Assembly: GCF_963921235.1 (NCBI RefSeq)
Contig: NC_086108.1
Span: 61,444,001 to 61,508,000, forward strand
Source: Mobula hypostoma
Lineage: Eukaryota
Length of the DNA: 64,000 nucleotides
Direction: 5' to 3'
Shown here: positions 48,246 through 62,279 of the stretch, piece by piece
How positions within the stretch are numbered: the stretch's first letter is position 1
How the letters are laid out: each line of letters opens with the position of its first letter
Made by a program: the position numbers and the translations under genes
Notes under the pieces: generated by a model
What the model was told of the DNA's origin: nothing
The model's input: the letters and a program-made list of their open reading frames with translations, nothing else
Databases searched by the model: none

Positions 48246-51200
48246 TCCATTCACTCGTGCAAAAGAAATAAAATCTATTTTTAGGGGACTACATTGGACC
48301 CTAAAGCTTTCCTCTGGAAGTGAGTTACATGTGAGATGGGATTATGGCCTCTGATGCAAGGCCTGCAAACCCAGAAATAGGGGCATCCCAAACATTTTGT
48401 AGCATTTAATGGCAAGGCTCCCTCCCAGAGGTCACCTGATGAGGGACTGGGGAGAAAGCATCCCTCAGAGGGCCAAAGCATCTGAGAACATTTGTGTGAT
48501 GATAGAGATGGACAGTTAGTCAGAAGGCAGTGATCTTGATTGCTGGGTTATGTACAAACTGCGGAGAGGATCCTGATTGTGGTTCAGGAGAGCTGATAGT
48601 TTTCAGCAAAATTGATAATACATAAGGGACCTAATCTTGGTTCAGATAGTTTGTGGAAGGTGGTTGAACATTCCTGTTTTCCCATACTTTAAAATTGTGT
48701 CGAAAAGCCACTTACCTAATGGAATCAACCTTTCTACCCTGCTCTGATTTTCTGGTTTCCCAAGATCCAAAAAGCCTTGCTGTCCAAAATTCTAAACTGA
48801 ATTATACAAAAACAAGGCAAGAATTCATGGCATTTAAATTTCAACCTGCTTTTTGTACTACCTCTGCTGAAACGATAACCGATGGAATTTGAGGCCATGT
48901 TGGTTCCAACTTCAGATAATTTGTAATTTAACCTCTCACACAACAATAAACCATCTGTTTTTGGCCGTTAAGGTTCAGCTCTATATTGCAGTCCTCTTCC
49001 TAAAGCCTGAAGACAGGTACTTTTAGCTCCATCTACAGGTTGAATCATTCACAAACATTTACCAAAGGCAGATAATCATCAGGGATATGCAAACTCATTG
49101 AGGTGCCTGGTACACACAGTTGGAATTGTCTGTCACACAGGCTCATGCACACTGAAGTGCTTTGCATATAGTGACACCACATTATCTCTCCGAAACACCT
49201 AGACACACACATGTATGCCTGCACGTGTGCAAGCACAAACACAAGCATGGGGATCCTGCACCAACATATGGGAAATGTAGGCTGTTTTATGGCCCATGCT
49301 GCATGCAATCAGGCAGAAGTTACACAAAACCAAAAGCATTTGACATTCTTCAACTACACTTCCTTCATTTCATAACCTACTTTATTCAGATATATCACTG
49401 CAATCAGGTGAAAAAAAATGTATTTAGTTATGAGGAACACAACAGCCTAATCAATTTTAGGGAGAAAAGCAACATATAGAAATCACATGAAATAAGAATT
49501 TTCTACATATTTCAGCAATTTCTGATTTATGCTTAAGTACTGTAGTACTAACCTTTTAAAAAATAAATAGGTTATATTCACAATCTTCTGTAATAAAACC
49601 TTGAACCTTTCATGTCTAAGACATAAATTTCACATAATCAGTTAGTCAGTTATTTAAGAGAGAGAGTTCCACACTAAATGTTTTGTTATTATTTTCAACT
49701 TATCAGTTCATAGAGTGACATGAATTCAGATATGGTGAATAATCTTACGAGGAAGCCACTATAAAATAAATTAATTCATTTTTGCACTGACCATTACTGA
49801 ACTTTGTTCAGAGATCCAGATTACATTCATATTGAGAGAAAGGGGTTTGAATAGCAGTCAGAGCAGACTACAGGGTCTGGTCACGTCAAGCATTTGATGC
49901 AGACTTATCACTTTAAAAAAATGCATTAACTGCTCCTAAGCTGGTAATTCTTATAAGGAGCTAATTTGTCAACTGACTTTTTATCACAATTCTAGTACAT
50001 CTCCCTTGGTGTTTCTCACAATGCATCAGAGTTATTCTGACAACACTGAACCAAAAAGACTGTAATAGCTGCCCTTGTGCAGGATTGTTCTCAGATAGGG
50101 AAAAGAAATCCCTTTCATCTTGGATCTATTCTTAGATTCTTTACAAATGTCAGGTCTGCCCTATATGTTATCTCAGGTTTAGTGCTACTGACTTTCCTTA
50201 TAAATAGTTACAGCACTCAGGGAGCCTACTTTAAATGTCAGTTATCTGTTGTGCACTTTTTAATTTTGCAGAAGAATCCTAAAGCAGACATCTGGCCTCT
50301 CATTTGTTAATTAAGGATCCCAATTCTTCTCCCAAATATCAGACATTAGTTTTGCAATAACAACTCGATATGGCTGTCTTCTGGACATCCAAGAATATGG
50401 GATGCTACGCTCAAAATTTTATGTCCCGTTGTGTCTGAATGAATATCACCTCTGCCCATGTGTCATGTGGTATTTGAAACATAACGTGGATCCATCTGTA
50501 GCCCCAGCTCATTAAGGAGAACAATTTCAGTGGCTAGCTTGTTAGCTTTTGGCAAAGATTATTAACATAGTAATTCCTTTTATCTCAGTAACTCCAGGCT
50601 GTCTCCATCTGTCAAGGTGACAGAAAGGATGCTGGTCATTGTAAAATTAACATTTAAAAATCCTAAACCTGAGTTTATATTGGGAAAATACCCAGCCAGA
50701 TTTTGCTGTAAAATTATGACTGGGCTAATTGTGCTCTCTGTTATTTATGCTTATTTCCAACAGCAACTTCCAGCAATGACATATAAAGAGTAAAGATATG
50801 GATATCTATAAGCTGTTATCCTGGATGTCTAATCCCTCCATAAGGCTCATAAAAATTGGATTCCCTGCTGTAAGATTCTCCATTCAGCTCCTCACGTAGA
50901 AGCTGTTATAATATCAAAGTAAAATACTGCTGACTTGGGAGATCTGAAATAAAACAGAAGACACTGGTGATCTCCAGCAGGTCAGACAGCATCTGTGGAG
51001 AAAAAGGAAGTTAATGTTTCAGGATGAATTGCAGAATATTGGTTAAAAGAACGAGATTACAGCAAACAGAAGGATCTGGTGTTTCTCGTACATTGAAAGT
51101 TGACTTGCAAGATGAGGCAGGTAAATTGGAAGACAAGTGGAATATTGGTCCTTTCTGCACAGTGGAGGGCGGGGGGGGGGTGTCTTGTGGAAGTCTTCTT

Positions 51201-52139
51201 ACAACTGTATAGAGCATTGTTGAAATAATAATAATCAGAATACTTCATATTGTTAAAGGGAATGCATATGCATCAGAGGAAGAAAAGGTTCATAGAGATG
51301 ATTACTGAGATGAAGGGGCTTTCTTATGAGGGAAGATTAAGTAGATTAGATTAGATTAGATGATGAGGACACTCAGTCCTCGTTTATTGTCATTTAGAAA
51401 TGCATGCATGCATTAAGAAATGATACAATGTTCCTCCAGAGTGATATCACAAAAAAATTGCATAAATGCTCGCTATAGTTCAGAAGAATAAGAGATAATC
51501 TTACTAAAACATACAAGATGGAGATATAGAAACAATTGACATTCATGTGGCTGGGGTCAGAAAGCTGGAAATTGTTGATGTGTCGAACAAGGACAATGTG
51601 TCTACTGAGACAGTCCTGCCTGGGAATCTTGGTGAGGATGTAGAATAGGCAGAGGGAGTTTGGAGACTGCAGGATGAATGATCTTTGGAGAAAATGAAGA
51701 CAGTGACCAGGAGACAATTGCCTACTGTTCAGTGGTGGGATTAACGACTAGTTAGAGGTCTAAGGAAGAATCCAGTGATATTCAGCCACTGCAAGATGGA
51801 GGTCATTTCACCAAAGAGCAACAGCACTGCTCCTAGTAACAGCTTTGATGGCAATGTTGGGGATGATCTTTGGTGAGCGGAATATTACAAAAAGGGTATA
51901 GGTTAGCATAAATTAATGAGGTGAAATGAAACTGAGACAGAAAGTTGTCATGTTGACTAATAGCCACATAGGATTAGAAGCCTAGGTGGAATGAGAACTC
52001 TGAAACAGGCTCACTGTCTGGAGTGAAGATATTAGGTAAAGCATTGAGAATGGACACAGAGGCTCAAAAATTATTGATAAGGGACTATAAGGTGAGGCCT
52101 CTTTTCAGGGTTATCCTTTGGGGTTGAAAAGAAAGTCAG

Positions 52140-52320
52140 AAGAGATGAGATGGCGGAAGTTGATAGTTTACTGATCAGTCAGGGCATCAAAGGATATGGC
52201 AAGAAGGCAGGTGTATGGGGTGGAGTGTGATCTGGTATCAGCCATGATGGAATGGAGAAGCAGACACAATGGGCTGAATGGCCTAATTCTGCTCATATGT
52301 CTGAGGGTCTTATGGTTTTA
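52140..52320 (+). mobile_element. CR1 3'UTR fragment
   Basis: gggctgaatggcctaattctgctc..tcttatgg tail. Confidence 0.75.
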
Positions 52321-53049
52321 TGGGAAGGGGTATAATTGGTAGGTAAAATAGGCCAGAAGAAAGTGAAGAAGGAAACAGGTGAACATCACTGCAGGAAATG
52401 TTCCAAGTTTATGATCGTTAATACTTGAGAGTAAGGGAAAAGAGCCTTTGGTTAAAGTGACAGAAGTGGTGAAAAAAGAAATGAAAGCATGGTTCTGAAA
52501 TGTAAACTGTGTTTCATCGATGCAATCTGACCTGTTGAGTGTTTTCAGCATTTTCTGTTTTAGTTATGAAGCTGTTAGACCAACTTTAAAGATACCAACC
52601 AAACTCATGAGAAAATTTAAGGCATTTTCAGTGCAAATAATTCAACCTTCTTGTAGGAGTTATTGGCTGTCCACTAACATGCCTGGCAACATGTGAACAC
52701 TTGTTCCTGGAGATTTAGTTTTGCTTACTTTCTTTTCATTATCCAACCTTCATTCATTTTAACACTGAAGTGAAGATTCCATGTGACAGTTCCTGATTCC
52801 TGTTTCAGACTCTGCTCTGCTGATTAGCAATTTGTCCAGTCAATTAGTTCAGCAGATACAGTATCTTTGACAACGTTCACCCACATCCAAGGTGCTGCAG
52901 AGAAAGCACTGAATTGGTTGTACTTCGGTATGTTTTTCAACCCTTCTTTAAAATGTGAGATAATAGACAGTAACTCAAGAGAACAAGCAAAGTATTTTAT
53001 TAATTCATAGAGAACTAGAATTAGCATTCCACAGTTACAATCAGACTTC

Positions 53050-53395
53050 AGGTAGAAGGTCCCAGTGCTTCAGGACTCAAACCATCAGGTTCAAGGACAG
53101 ATCCTACCCCTCAACCATCAGGCTCTTGGAACAAATTGAGATGTTCCTACAACAAATGATCTCACTTGAAGGACGCATTTATCTTGTTATTTCATGCCCT
53201 TGTTACCTATTGCTATTTATTTATATTTGCATTTGCACAGTTTGATGTGTTCTATGCTCTATTTGATCTCTCACTGACCCAGGTTACAATTACTAATCTA
53301 TAGATTTGTTGAGTATGCCTTCAGGAAAAAGAACCTCAGGGTTGTATGTGGTGATGTGTATGTACTCTCATAATAACACTTACATTGAACTTTGC
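53050..53395 (+). mobile_element. Rex1/Babar-type 3' end
   Basis: tacccctcaaccatcaggctctt..ctcagggttgtatgtggtga..tgaacttt. Confidence 0.65.
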
Positions 53396-54030
53396 CTTTG
53401 GGCAAGTTTCACATTGAAGAATACTAAAGGGAACAGTTGCTCATATGATACAATTATTAGTGTTACTGATTATACAATATTACAATGTATGCTACAGTAC
53501 ATCTACCTTTTGATACTAAGAAAATAAAGATAATTCCCAGTTTCTGTATGCTTTACTCAGGCACAAAGTCTTCCAGATACTTGCTATCAGTAGGGACCAG
53601 CAAAAGCAGGACAAGAAAAGAACATCTTGCAAGTCTTGGTTCTAACTGACAGCAGTTCCTCCAGGGCCTATTGCTGAGCTGTGGTGTTCTCACTCAGCAT
53701 GCCTGGAGGTGCATCCATCAATATCTCCAAATCTGCATCTGTAAAGTGCAATGAATTGCCTGCCTTTGTCAAGCACAAAAGGAGGACCTCCTCGGTTATG
53801 GCTGCTCCTGGCACCAAAAGAATTGCGATCATTCGTATTCCAGCTCCAAGCTTGTCTCTGTTGCTGCCTGGTTCAGCTCCTCCATCTTTTCACTATTGAC
53901 TTCATTTAGCCTTGTTTGCAGAAGTGGGTCTCCAATCCACATTATGCACACTTTTCCATACGTGAAGCTTTTTATTGTCAGCCACTTGCAATACTTGTAG
54001 CGGCTAAGCAAGCTTAGCAGCACTTTCCCA

Positions 54031-54220
54031 AACAAGAGAACATCTGAGGATGCTGGAAATCCAAGCAGCACACACAAAGTGCTGCAGGAATTCAGCAGGC
54101 CAGGCAGCATCTATGGAAAAGAGATCTGTTGAACGGTCTCGGCCCGAAGTGTCAACTGTACTCTTTTCCATAGATGCTGCCTGGCCTGCTGAGTTCCTCC
54201 AGCACTTTGTGTGTTTTGCT
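54031..54220. mobile_element. ~190-bp PLE-derived foldback element
   Basis: cacacaaagtgctgcaggaattcagcaggccaggcagcatctatggaaaagag is the inverse of ctcttttccatagatgctgcctggcctgctgagttcctccagcactttgtgtg. The centre is a hammerhead remnant (ggtctcggcccgaagtgtc). Confidence 0.85.
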
Positions 54221-54394
54221 TATTAATACTTTCCTTTTCTTGCCGTTTATCTTGAACTTCAATACATTTACTTCAAATTGTCCATCCTCTGACATTCTTA
54301 GGCTGGATTTGGACAGCTCCCAGCTTTGCGTATTTACATGCACGTTTCTAATTGTAACTCTGTCTCAAGTGGTGTCTCCTGAACTCGACAGATA

Positions 54395-55747
54395 CAGTAG
54401 ATTCTGCTTAATTGGGACACATTGGGATCAACGTATCTTGGCCCAGTTAGCTGAAGTTTCATGGAAATAGTTTAAAAAGGTATAAAAAGACAATCTACCA
54501 TTTAACTGAGTAACAAATTACGTATTTAAATGAAAAACAGAACAAATTAGAACACAATCAATGCTACTACAACACAGTAAAACTGTGTATTAGTTTTGAA
54601 TAGTTATCAACAGAGGAATTCAACTGGTGTACATTGCCATATATAGGGCGTCCGGGAGGGGCAGCACCTCTAGTGAAGGAGCTTGTTGTCTCCATTCTGG
54701 AGCAGCTTCACTCTGCTTTGGTCCCCACTGGACACTCAGCCCTCACCTATGACTCCAAGTAGCAGTCTGCATGCGATAGCGGCCACACCCTGCTACGTTA
54801 CTTCAATACGTGGGCTAAACCAGGTGAGGGTAACTGCCGGGTCTCAAACCCCAGTGAAATAGAGCTATGCCTGCATGTGAAGTCAGCTCTGGTGGACGGG
54901 GTGGATGAGATCAACAGTGAGACCTAACAGCCAAGAAGCTGATTCTGTCTGCAGCACTTCGTAAAGGGTGAAGGGCAAGACAAGGCACAGAAGGAAGACT
55001 TGGTCATCCACTGCAACCAAGGAAGACCCCCAGATTGTGATGAATACTTGTTCCACTGGACCTGGTCTTCCAAAGTCGGGAGATGAACTGTCCCAGTGCA
55101 AAGGCTTTTCCAATTTAAAAACTCACCTGCCCAGGTTTCATTGTCATCATCAGATACAAATGACAACTGACATACCACTGTGTTCTTCTGATTGACTGTA
55201 AATGAACAAAATTAGTGCAAATAAAGTGCTGCCTTCATACGATGCTTTCAACAATTGCATCCTACAAACCTTCATTTTTATTGTAACATTCAAGATGATT
55301 GTGGATACCTTTAAATTCGTTGTGGTTCCAAACTTGTTGAAGTTGTGAAACTGTTTCATTTTCACTCCTGGCAGTTTCTGGCATCCTGAAACCCGAATGC
55401 TTGAAAATGCAGTGAGCAAAACAAATCTAAATTGTGTCACTGCTTATTTCTTGCCAACTATCAGTTAGAAAAATCACTGCTTTTTGAACACAAACACATG
55501 CAAATTATGCTATTTAAGTGTTTGCTCTAAACATAGTGTAGTGTCTAATGGCCACACCAGTTTTCACGACTAACGCTAGATAGAAACTGTTCAGCAACAG
55601 CCTCCTGTATCAATTAAGTGGCATAGTGTCCCAAAATAAAACGAAGGGAATCCCGGCTATTCTTTTGATTAGTTTTTGTTCTTTAAGAGTTTTCTAAATA
55701 AGAGTCTACACTGATTAACCTCTGGTCCAATTAACTGGAATCCACTA
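54395..55747 (-). mobile_element. Tigger/pogo-type (Tc1-mariner) DNA transposon, internally deleted
   Basis: TA followed by TIR cagtagattctgcttaattgg (54395) versus ccaattaactggaatccacta (55727-55747). Minus-strand AVIFLTDSWQEISSDTI*ICFAHC resembles the pogo DDE C-terminus. Confidence 0.7.
54645..55175 (+). mobile_element. non-autonomous RTE derivative (RTE 5'UTR plus short 3' part) nested in the Tigger element
   Basis: 54650-54860 aligns by eye with the reverse complement of 2850-3050 (cactcagc.ctcacct..cacaccctg..gggctaaacca.gtgagggt). Confidence 0.65.
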
Positions 55748-56274
55748 TTTTTTAATCCAATTCGTGAGTGTTTCAAATTAGCAAAACTACAAATATCTGT
55801 GAACAGTTTTAGTTCCATTCAGAAAAGGATGAAACAATTCTCTCTGCTCATGCCTGAGTGATGAACTGTTTCACATCTAGGTGGGTTACAATGCGCTTAT
55901 AATGCATCCAATGAATTCTGTGGGGTCTCGTTCAAAGGCTTTATGGTCCTCACTTGAGACAGTCAGATCCAGTGTCTGGAGTTCTGATTGAGGCACGTTG
56001 AATAGATGTTATGGTTTCATTAGCCAATGCCTAAACCTCAATATTTTCATCTATTCTCTTGGTAAGGTACCAGAAGATAGCCAGAAAGTAAAATAAAAAT
56101 ATTGTCTTGAGTCCCCCATGTTTCAGAGTCTTAAATTCAATCTTTAAGCATTTCTGAATCTGTAAAAGCCTTTTTCTAAATATCTCCTTTTGATCAAATA
56201 TTCCATTTATTAACTCCCACTTTTTTCTTAACATCTCATGATCACCACTCCTTTTTACTGCTCACTGATGTGAA

Positions 56275-59200
56275 ACATAGAAATACAGAAAACTTACAGC
56301 ACAATACAGGCCCTTCGGCCCACAAAGCTCTGCCGAACATATTCTTACTTAGAACTACCTAGGCTTACCCATAGCCCTCTATTTTTCTAAGCTCCATGTA
56401 CCTATTCAGGAGTCTCTTAAAAGACCCTATCATTTCCGCCTCCACCACTGCCGCTGACAGCCCATTCCATGCACTCACCACTCTGCATAAAAAACTTACC
56501 CCTGACATTCCCTCTGTAACTACTTCGAAGCACCTTAAAACTGTGCCCTTTCGTGCTAGCCATTTCAGCCCTGGGAAAAAGCCTCTGACTATCCACATGA
56601 TCAATGTCTCTCATCATCTTATATACCTCTATCAGGTCACCTCTCATCCTCCATCGTTCCAGGGAAAAAAGGCCAAGTTATCTCAACCTATTCTCGTAAG
56701 GCATGCTCCCCAATCCAGGAAACATCCTTGTAAATCTCCTCTGCACCCTTTCTATGGTTTCCATGTCCTTCCTGCAGTGAGGCAACCAGAATTGAGCACA
56801 GTATTCCAAGTGGGGTCTAACCAGAGTCCTATATAGCTGCAACATTACCTCTCAGCTCTTAAACTCAATCCAACAGTTGATGAAGGCCAATGCACTGTAT
56901 GCCTTCTTAACCACAGAGTCAACCTGTGTAGCAGCTTTGAGTGTCCTATGGACTCGGACCCCAAGATCCCTCTGATCCTCCACACTACCAAGAGACTTAC
57001 CAGTAATGCTATATTCCGTCATCATACTTGACCTACCAAAATGAACCACCTCACACTTACCTGGGTTGAACTCCATCTGCCACTTCTCAGTCCAGTTTTG
57101 CATCCTATGAATGTCCCATTGTAACCTCTGACAGCCCTCTACACTAGACGCAGCGCCCCGAACCTTTGTGTCATCAGCAAATTTACTAACCCATCTCTCC
57201 ACTTCCTCATCCAGGTCATTTATAAAAATCATGAAGAGTAGGGTTCCCAGAACAGATCCTGGAGACACACCACTGGTCACCGACCTCCATGCAGAATATG
57301 ACATGTCTACAACCACTCTTTGCCTTCTATGGGCAAGCCAGTTCTGGATCCACAAAGCAATGTCCCCTTGGATCCCATGCCTCCTTACTTTCTCAATAAG
57401 CTTTGCATAGGGTACCTTATCAAATGCCTTGCTAAAATCCATATATACTACATCTACAGCTCTACCTTCATCAATGTGTTTAGTCACATCCTCAAAAAAT
57501 TCAATCAGGCTTGTAAGGCACGGCCTGCCTTTGACAAAGTCACGCTGACTATTCCTAATCAATTTATGCCTCTCCAGTTATTCATAAATCCTGCCTCTCA
57601 GGATCTTCTCCATCAACTTACCAACCACTGAAGTAAGACTCACTGGTCTATAATTTCCTGGGCTATCTCTACTCCCTTTTTTGAATAAGGGAACAACATC
57701 CGCAACCCTCCAATCCTCCGGAACCTCTCCCATCCTCATTAACGATGCGTAGATCATCATCAGAGGCTCAGCCATCTCCTCCCTCGCTTCCTACAGTATC
57801 CTGGGGTACATCCCGTCCAGTTCCGGTGACTTATCCAACTTGATGCTTTCCAAAAGCTCCAGCACATCCTCTTCCTTAATATCTACATGTTAAAGCTTTT
57901 CAGTCCGCTGTAATCATCCCTACAATCGCCAAGATTCTTTTCCAAAGTGAATACAGAAGCAAAGTATTCATTAATTACCTCGCTATCTCCTCCTGTTCCA
58001 TACACACTTCTCCACTGTCACACTTGATTGGTCCTATTCTCTCACGTCTTATCCTCTTGCTCTTCACGTACTTGTAGAATGCCTTGGGATTTTCCTTAAT
58101 CCTGTCCGCCAAGGCCTTCTCATGGCCCCTTCTGGCTCTCCTAACTTCATTCTTAAGCTCCTTCCTGCTAGCCTTATAATCTTCTAAATCTGTATCATTA
58201 CCTAGTTTTTTGACCTTTCGTAAGCTCTTCTTTTCTTCTTGACTACATTTACAACAGCCGGTATACACCACGGTTCCTGTACCCTACCATCCTTTCCCTG
58301 TCTCATTAAAACGTACCTATGCAGAGCCTCAGGCAAATGTCCCCTAAACATTTGCCACATTTCTTCCATACGTTTCCCTGAGAACATCTGTTTCCGATTT
58401 ATGCCTCCAAGTTCCTGCCTGATAGCCTCATAATTCCCATTACTCCAATTAAACGCTTTCCTAACTTGTCTGTTCCTATCCCTCTCCATTGCTATGATAA
58501 AGGAGACAGAATTGTGATCACTATCTCCAAAATGCTCTCCCACCGAAAGACCTGATACCTGACCAGGTTCATTCCCAATACCAGATTAAGTACAGCCTCT
58601 CCTCTTGTAGGCTTATCTACATATTGTGTCAAGAAGCCTTCCTGAACACACCTAACAAACTCTACCACATCTAAACCCCTCACTCTAGGGAGATGCCAAT
58701 CGATATTTGGGAAATTAAAATCTCGCACCACAACAACCCTGTTATTATTACACATTTGCAGAATTTGTCTCCCTATCTGTTCCTCGATGTCCCTGTTACT
58801 ATTGGGTGGTCTATAAAAAACACCCAGTAGAGTTATTGACCCCTTCCTGTTCCTAACTTTCACCCACAAAGACTCCGTAGACAATCCCTCCATGACTTCC
58901 TCCTTTTCTGCAGCCATGACACTATCCCTGATCAACAGCGCCATGCCCCCACCTCTTTTGCCTCCCTCCCTGTCCTTTCTGAAACATCTAAAGCCTGGTA
59001 CTTGAAGCAGCCATTCCTGCCCCTGCACCATCCAAGTTTCTGTAATGGCCACAACATCATAGCTCCAAGTACTGATCCACACTCTAAGCTCATCTGCTTT
59101 GTTCATAATACTCCTCGCCTTAAAATAGACACATCTCAAACCATCGGTCTGAGCATGTCCCTTCTCTGTCATTTGCCTATCCTCCCTCTTGCACTGTCTC
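56275..59200 (-). mobile_element. CR1 LINE, near-complete ORF2 (APE + RT + 3'UTR), frameshifted
   Basis: ORFs 58492-59214 (VAITETW, YRPPNS), 57578-57775 (GNYRPVSLTS), 56852-57562 (DFSKAFDKV, SKFADDTK) and 56365-56647. Confidence 0.95.
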
Positions 59201-59354
59201 TGAGCTGATGTCACAGATGTGGAAAGGATTGTTTTTCTACATTAAGGACACGAGTTTTACAAATCTTTTAAACCTTTGTTCTTTATGCTACAGTATTTAA
59301 TAACTGCATCTAGTGGCAAATTGCACTGTAAAAATTTTACAAGGGGGATAACAA

Positions 59355-60490
59355 ACCTACTCAGTTTTAGGACAAAAGAGACATGAGAGAGGAACTTGTA
59401 CAAGTTGATTGGAAAGACACCTTAGCAGGAATGAGGGTAAAGCAGCAATGGTTGGTGCTTCTGCGAGTGTTTTGGTAGATATCCCAAAGAGGAGGCATTC
59501 TAAATGAAGTAGTAGTGGTTGACAAGGGAAGTCAGAGAGAGCATAAAGTGAGAGAGAGGACATTGCAGAAACAAGCAGAAAACTAGAGGATTGGGAAGGT
59601 TTTAAATACCAATAGAAAGTAACAAAAAACAGTAAGGGAGTAAAGATGAAATACTATAAGATACCAAACATTTTATCAGATATATCATGAGTAAAAAAGA
59701 AGCAGGAGTGGACATGGAAAATGATGTAGTGATGGGGAAAAAGTAAATACTGATGAAATGAATAAAAATTTTGCATCAGAATTTGAGAGCATCTGGGTGC
59801 AGAAATGAGTGCAGTCACCATTAGTAAGGAAAAGGTGCTTAGGAAACTGAAAATGGAAAAATCACTTGGACCAGGTGGACTATATACACCCCAGGGTTCT
59901 GAAGCAGGTAGTGAAAGAGATTGTGGAGGTACTAGTAGTGCTCTTTCAAGAATCACTAAGTCAGGAATATTTCCAGAGACTGGAAAATTGTTAATACCAC
60001 TCTATTCTTTAAGAACAGAGGGAAGCAAAACACAGGACATTGCAATCTGTTTAGCCGACTTCAGTGGTTAGAGTCCACTATTAGGATGAGATTTCAGAGT
60101 ACATGGAAGCACATGATAAAATAGGCTGAAGTCCTGGTTTCCTTAAGGGAAGATCGCACCTGTCAAATTTGTTGGAAGTAACAAGCAGGATAATCAGTGG
60201 GTGTTGTTTACTTGGATTATCAGACCTTGGACATGGTGCCGCACATGAGACTGCTAAACAAGACATACCCTTTGATATAACAGGAAAGGTAAAAGCATGG
60301 ATAGAAGCAGAGGGATGGAGAGGAAGGTAGATGTCAGGGCCAATAAAAATGGGCAGGAGCAAAGTAACAGATATGATGGGATGGATAATTTGAAGTGTGT
60401 GTACTTTAATAGTGAGAGTATTATGGGTAAAGGTGATGAACCTAGAGCATGGATCATTACAAGGAACTATGATGTTTTGGCCATTTTGGA
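59355..60490 (+). mobile_element. degenerate CR1 fragments
   Basis: ISKEKVLRKL..KSLGPGG; LKCVYFNSESIMGKGDE. Confidence 0.75.
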
Positions 60491-60539
60491 CAATGATATG
60501 TTTGGCCCTTGCAGGAGGGTATTAGATTGAATCAGGGCA

Positions 60540-62270
60540 AACTCAAGTTCAAGTTCAGTTCATTGTCATTCAACCGTACACATGTATACATTAGCAAGGG
60601 AGATGAGGCTGAGTACAGGGCTACGGTAGGAAACTTTGTCACATGGTGTGAGCAGAATTAGCTGCAGCTTAATGTGAAAAAGACTAAGGAGCTGGTGGTA
60701 GACCTGAGGAGAGCTAAGGTACCAGTGACCCCTGTTTCCATCCAGGGGGTCAGTGTGGACATGGTGGAGGATTACAAATACCTGGGGATACAAATTGACA
60801 ATAAACTAGACTGGTCAAAGAACACTGAGGCTGTCTACAAGAAGGGTCAGAGCCATCTCTATTTCCTGAGGAGACTGAGGTCCTTTAAAATCTGCCGGAC
60901 GATGCTGAGGATGTTCTACGAGTCTGTGGTGGCCAGTGGTATCATGTTTGCTGTTGTGTGCTGGGGCAGCAGGCTGAGGGTAGCAGACACCAACAGAATC
61001 AACAAACTCATTCATAAGACCAGTGATGTTGTGGGGATGGAACTGGACTCTCTGACAGTGGTGTCTGAAAAGAGGATGCTGTGTAAGTTGCATGCCATCT
61101 TGGTCAATGTCTCCCATCCACTACATAATGTACTGGGTGGGCACAGGAGTACATTCAGCCAGAGACTCATTCCACCGAGATGCAGCACAGAGCGTCATAG
61201 GAAGTCATCCCTGCCTGTGGCCATCAAACTTTACAACTCCTCCCTTGGAGGGTCAGACACCCTGAGCCAATAGGCTGGTCCTGGACTGATTTCATAATTT
61301 ACTGGCATAATTTACATATTACTATTTAACTATTTATGGTTCTATTACTATTTATTATTTATGGTGCAACTGTAACAAAAACCAATTTCCCCTGGGATCA
61401 ATAAAGTATGACTATGACTATACCACCATGTGAAGCAATGTTCCTCCGGGCCAGGGTGCATAACACAGTACATATAACTCACACACTTAATACATAAAAT
61501 AATATTACCACAAAGAAAATTAACAAATAATGAGGTGCACATAAGATACAAGTTGAAATGTAAACAGTACATTGCTACTGGCGCTTCATACATGATGAGA
61601 TCTAAGTGGTGGCAGGGGGTTCAGTAGTATTAGGGCCTGGGGGAGGAAGCTGTTTCCCATCCTAACGGATCTTGTCCTAGTGCTAGGGTACTTCCTGCCT
61701 GATAGAAGGGCGTCAGAGAGATTGTTGGACAGATGGGAGGGATCATGAACAATGCTAAGGGCCCTGCCTCTCAAATAGGTGGAAGAGAATCCGCAATGAT
61801 CTTTGCAGCAGTCTTTGCAATCCTTTGACAGGATTTGCAGTCAGATGCCTTGCAATTCCTGTCGCAGATGGTGATGATCTGGTCAGGACTCTCCCACTGG
61901 TGCTTGTGTAAATATTGTTAAGAATGGGGTGGGGCGGGGGTTGTGGTGGGGAAAGCTTCACTCCTCAGGAAGTGGAGACACTGCTGTACCTCCTTGACCA
62001 AAAAGGTGAAGGTTAAGGGACCAGGTGAAATAATCCATTATGTGCATTCCCACAAAGTTTGTACTTCTAACTCTCCACAGAGGAGGCATGTATGTGCGGA
62101 AAGGAGTGGTCCGCCTGCACCCTCCCAAATTCTACAATCGTCACATTGGTCTTGTCTAAATTGAGACTCAAGTTATTGTGGACACATGATTCTACCAGTC
62201 GCTCCAACTCCTCCCTGTATTCCGTCTCGTTATTGTTGTTGCTGAGGCCAACCATTGTTGTGTTATTAGC
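60540..62270 (-). mobile_element. Rex1/Babar-type LINE fragment, split by a + strand copy
   Basis: LFANNTTMVGLSNNNNETEYREE (62067-62345); (aagttc)n tail at ~60545. Confidence 0.75.
60595..61420 (+). mobile_element. Rex1/Babar-type 3' fragment, same young subfamily as 25871-26870
   Basis: ORF 60674-61273 is nearly identical to 26141-26701; (gactat)n tail. Confidence 0.9.
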
Positions 62271-62279
62271 GAACAAGAG

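Noticed and set aside
48281..48610. Possible Tx1/L1-type remnant (GDLWEGALPLN..CP)
   Set aside because: Similarity too faint to support by eye.
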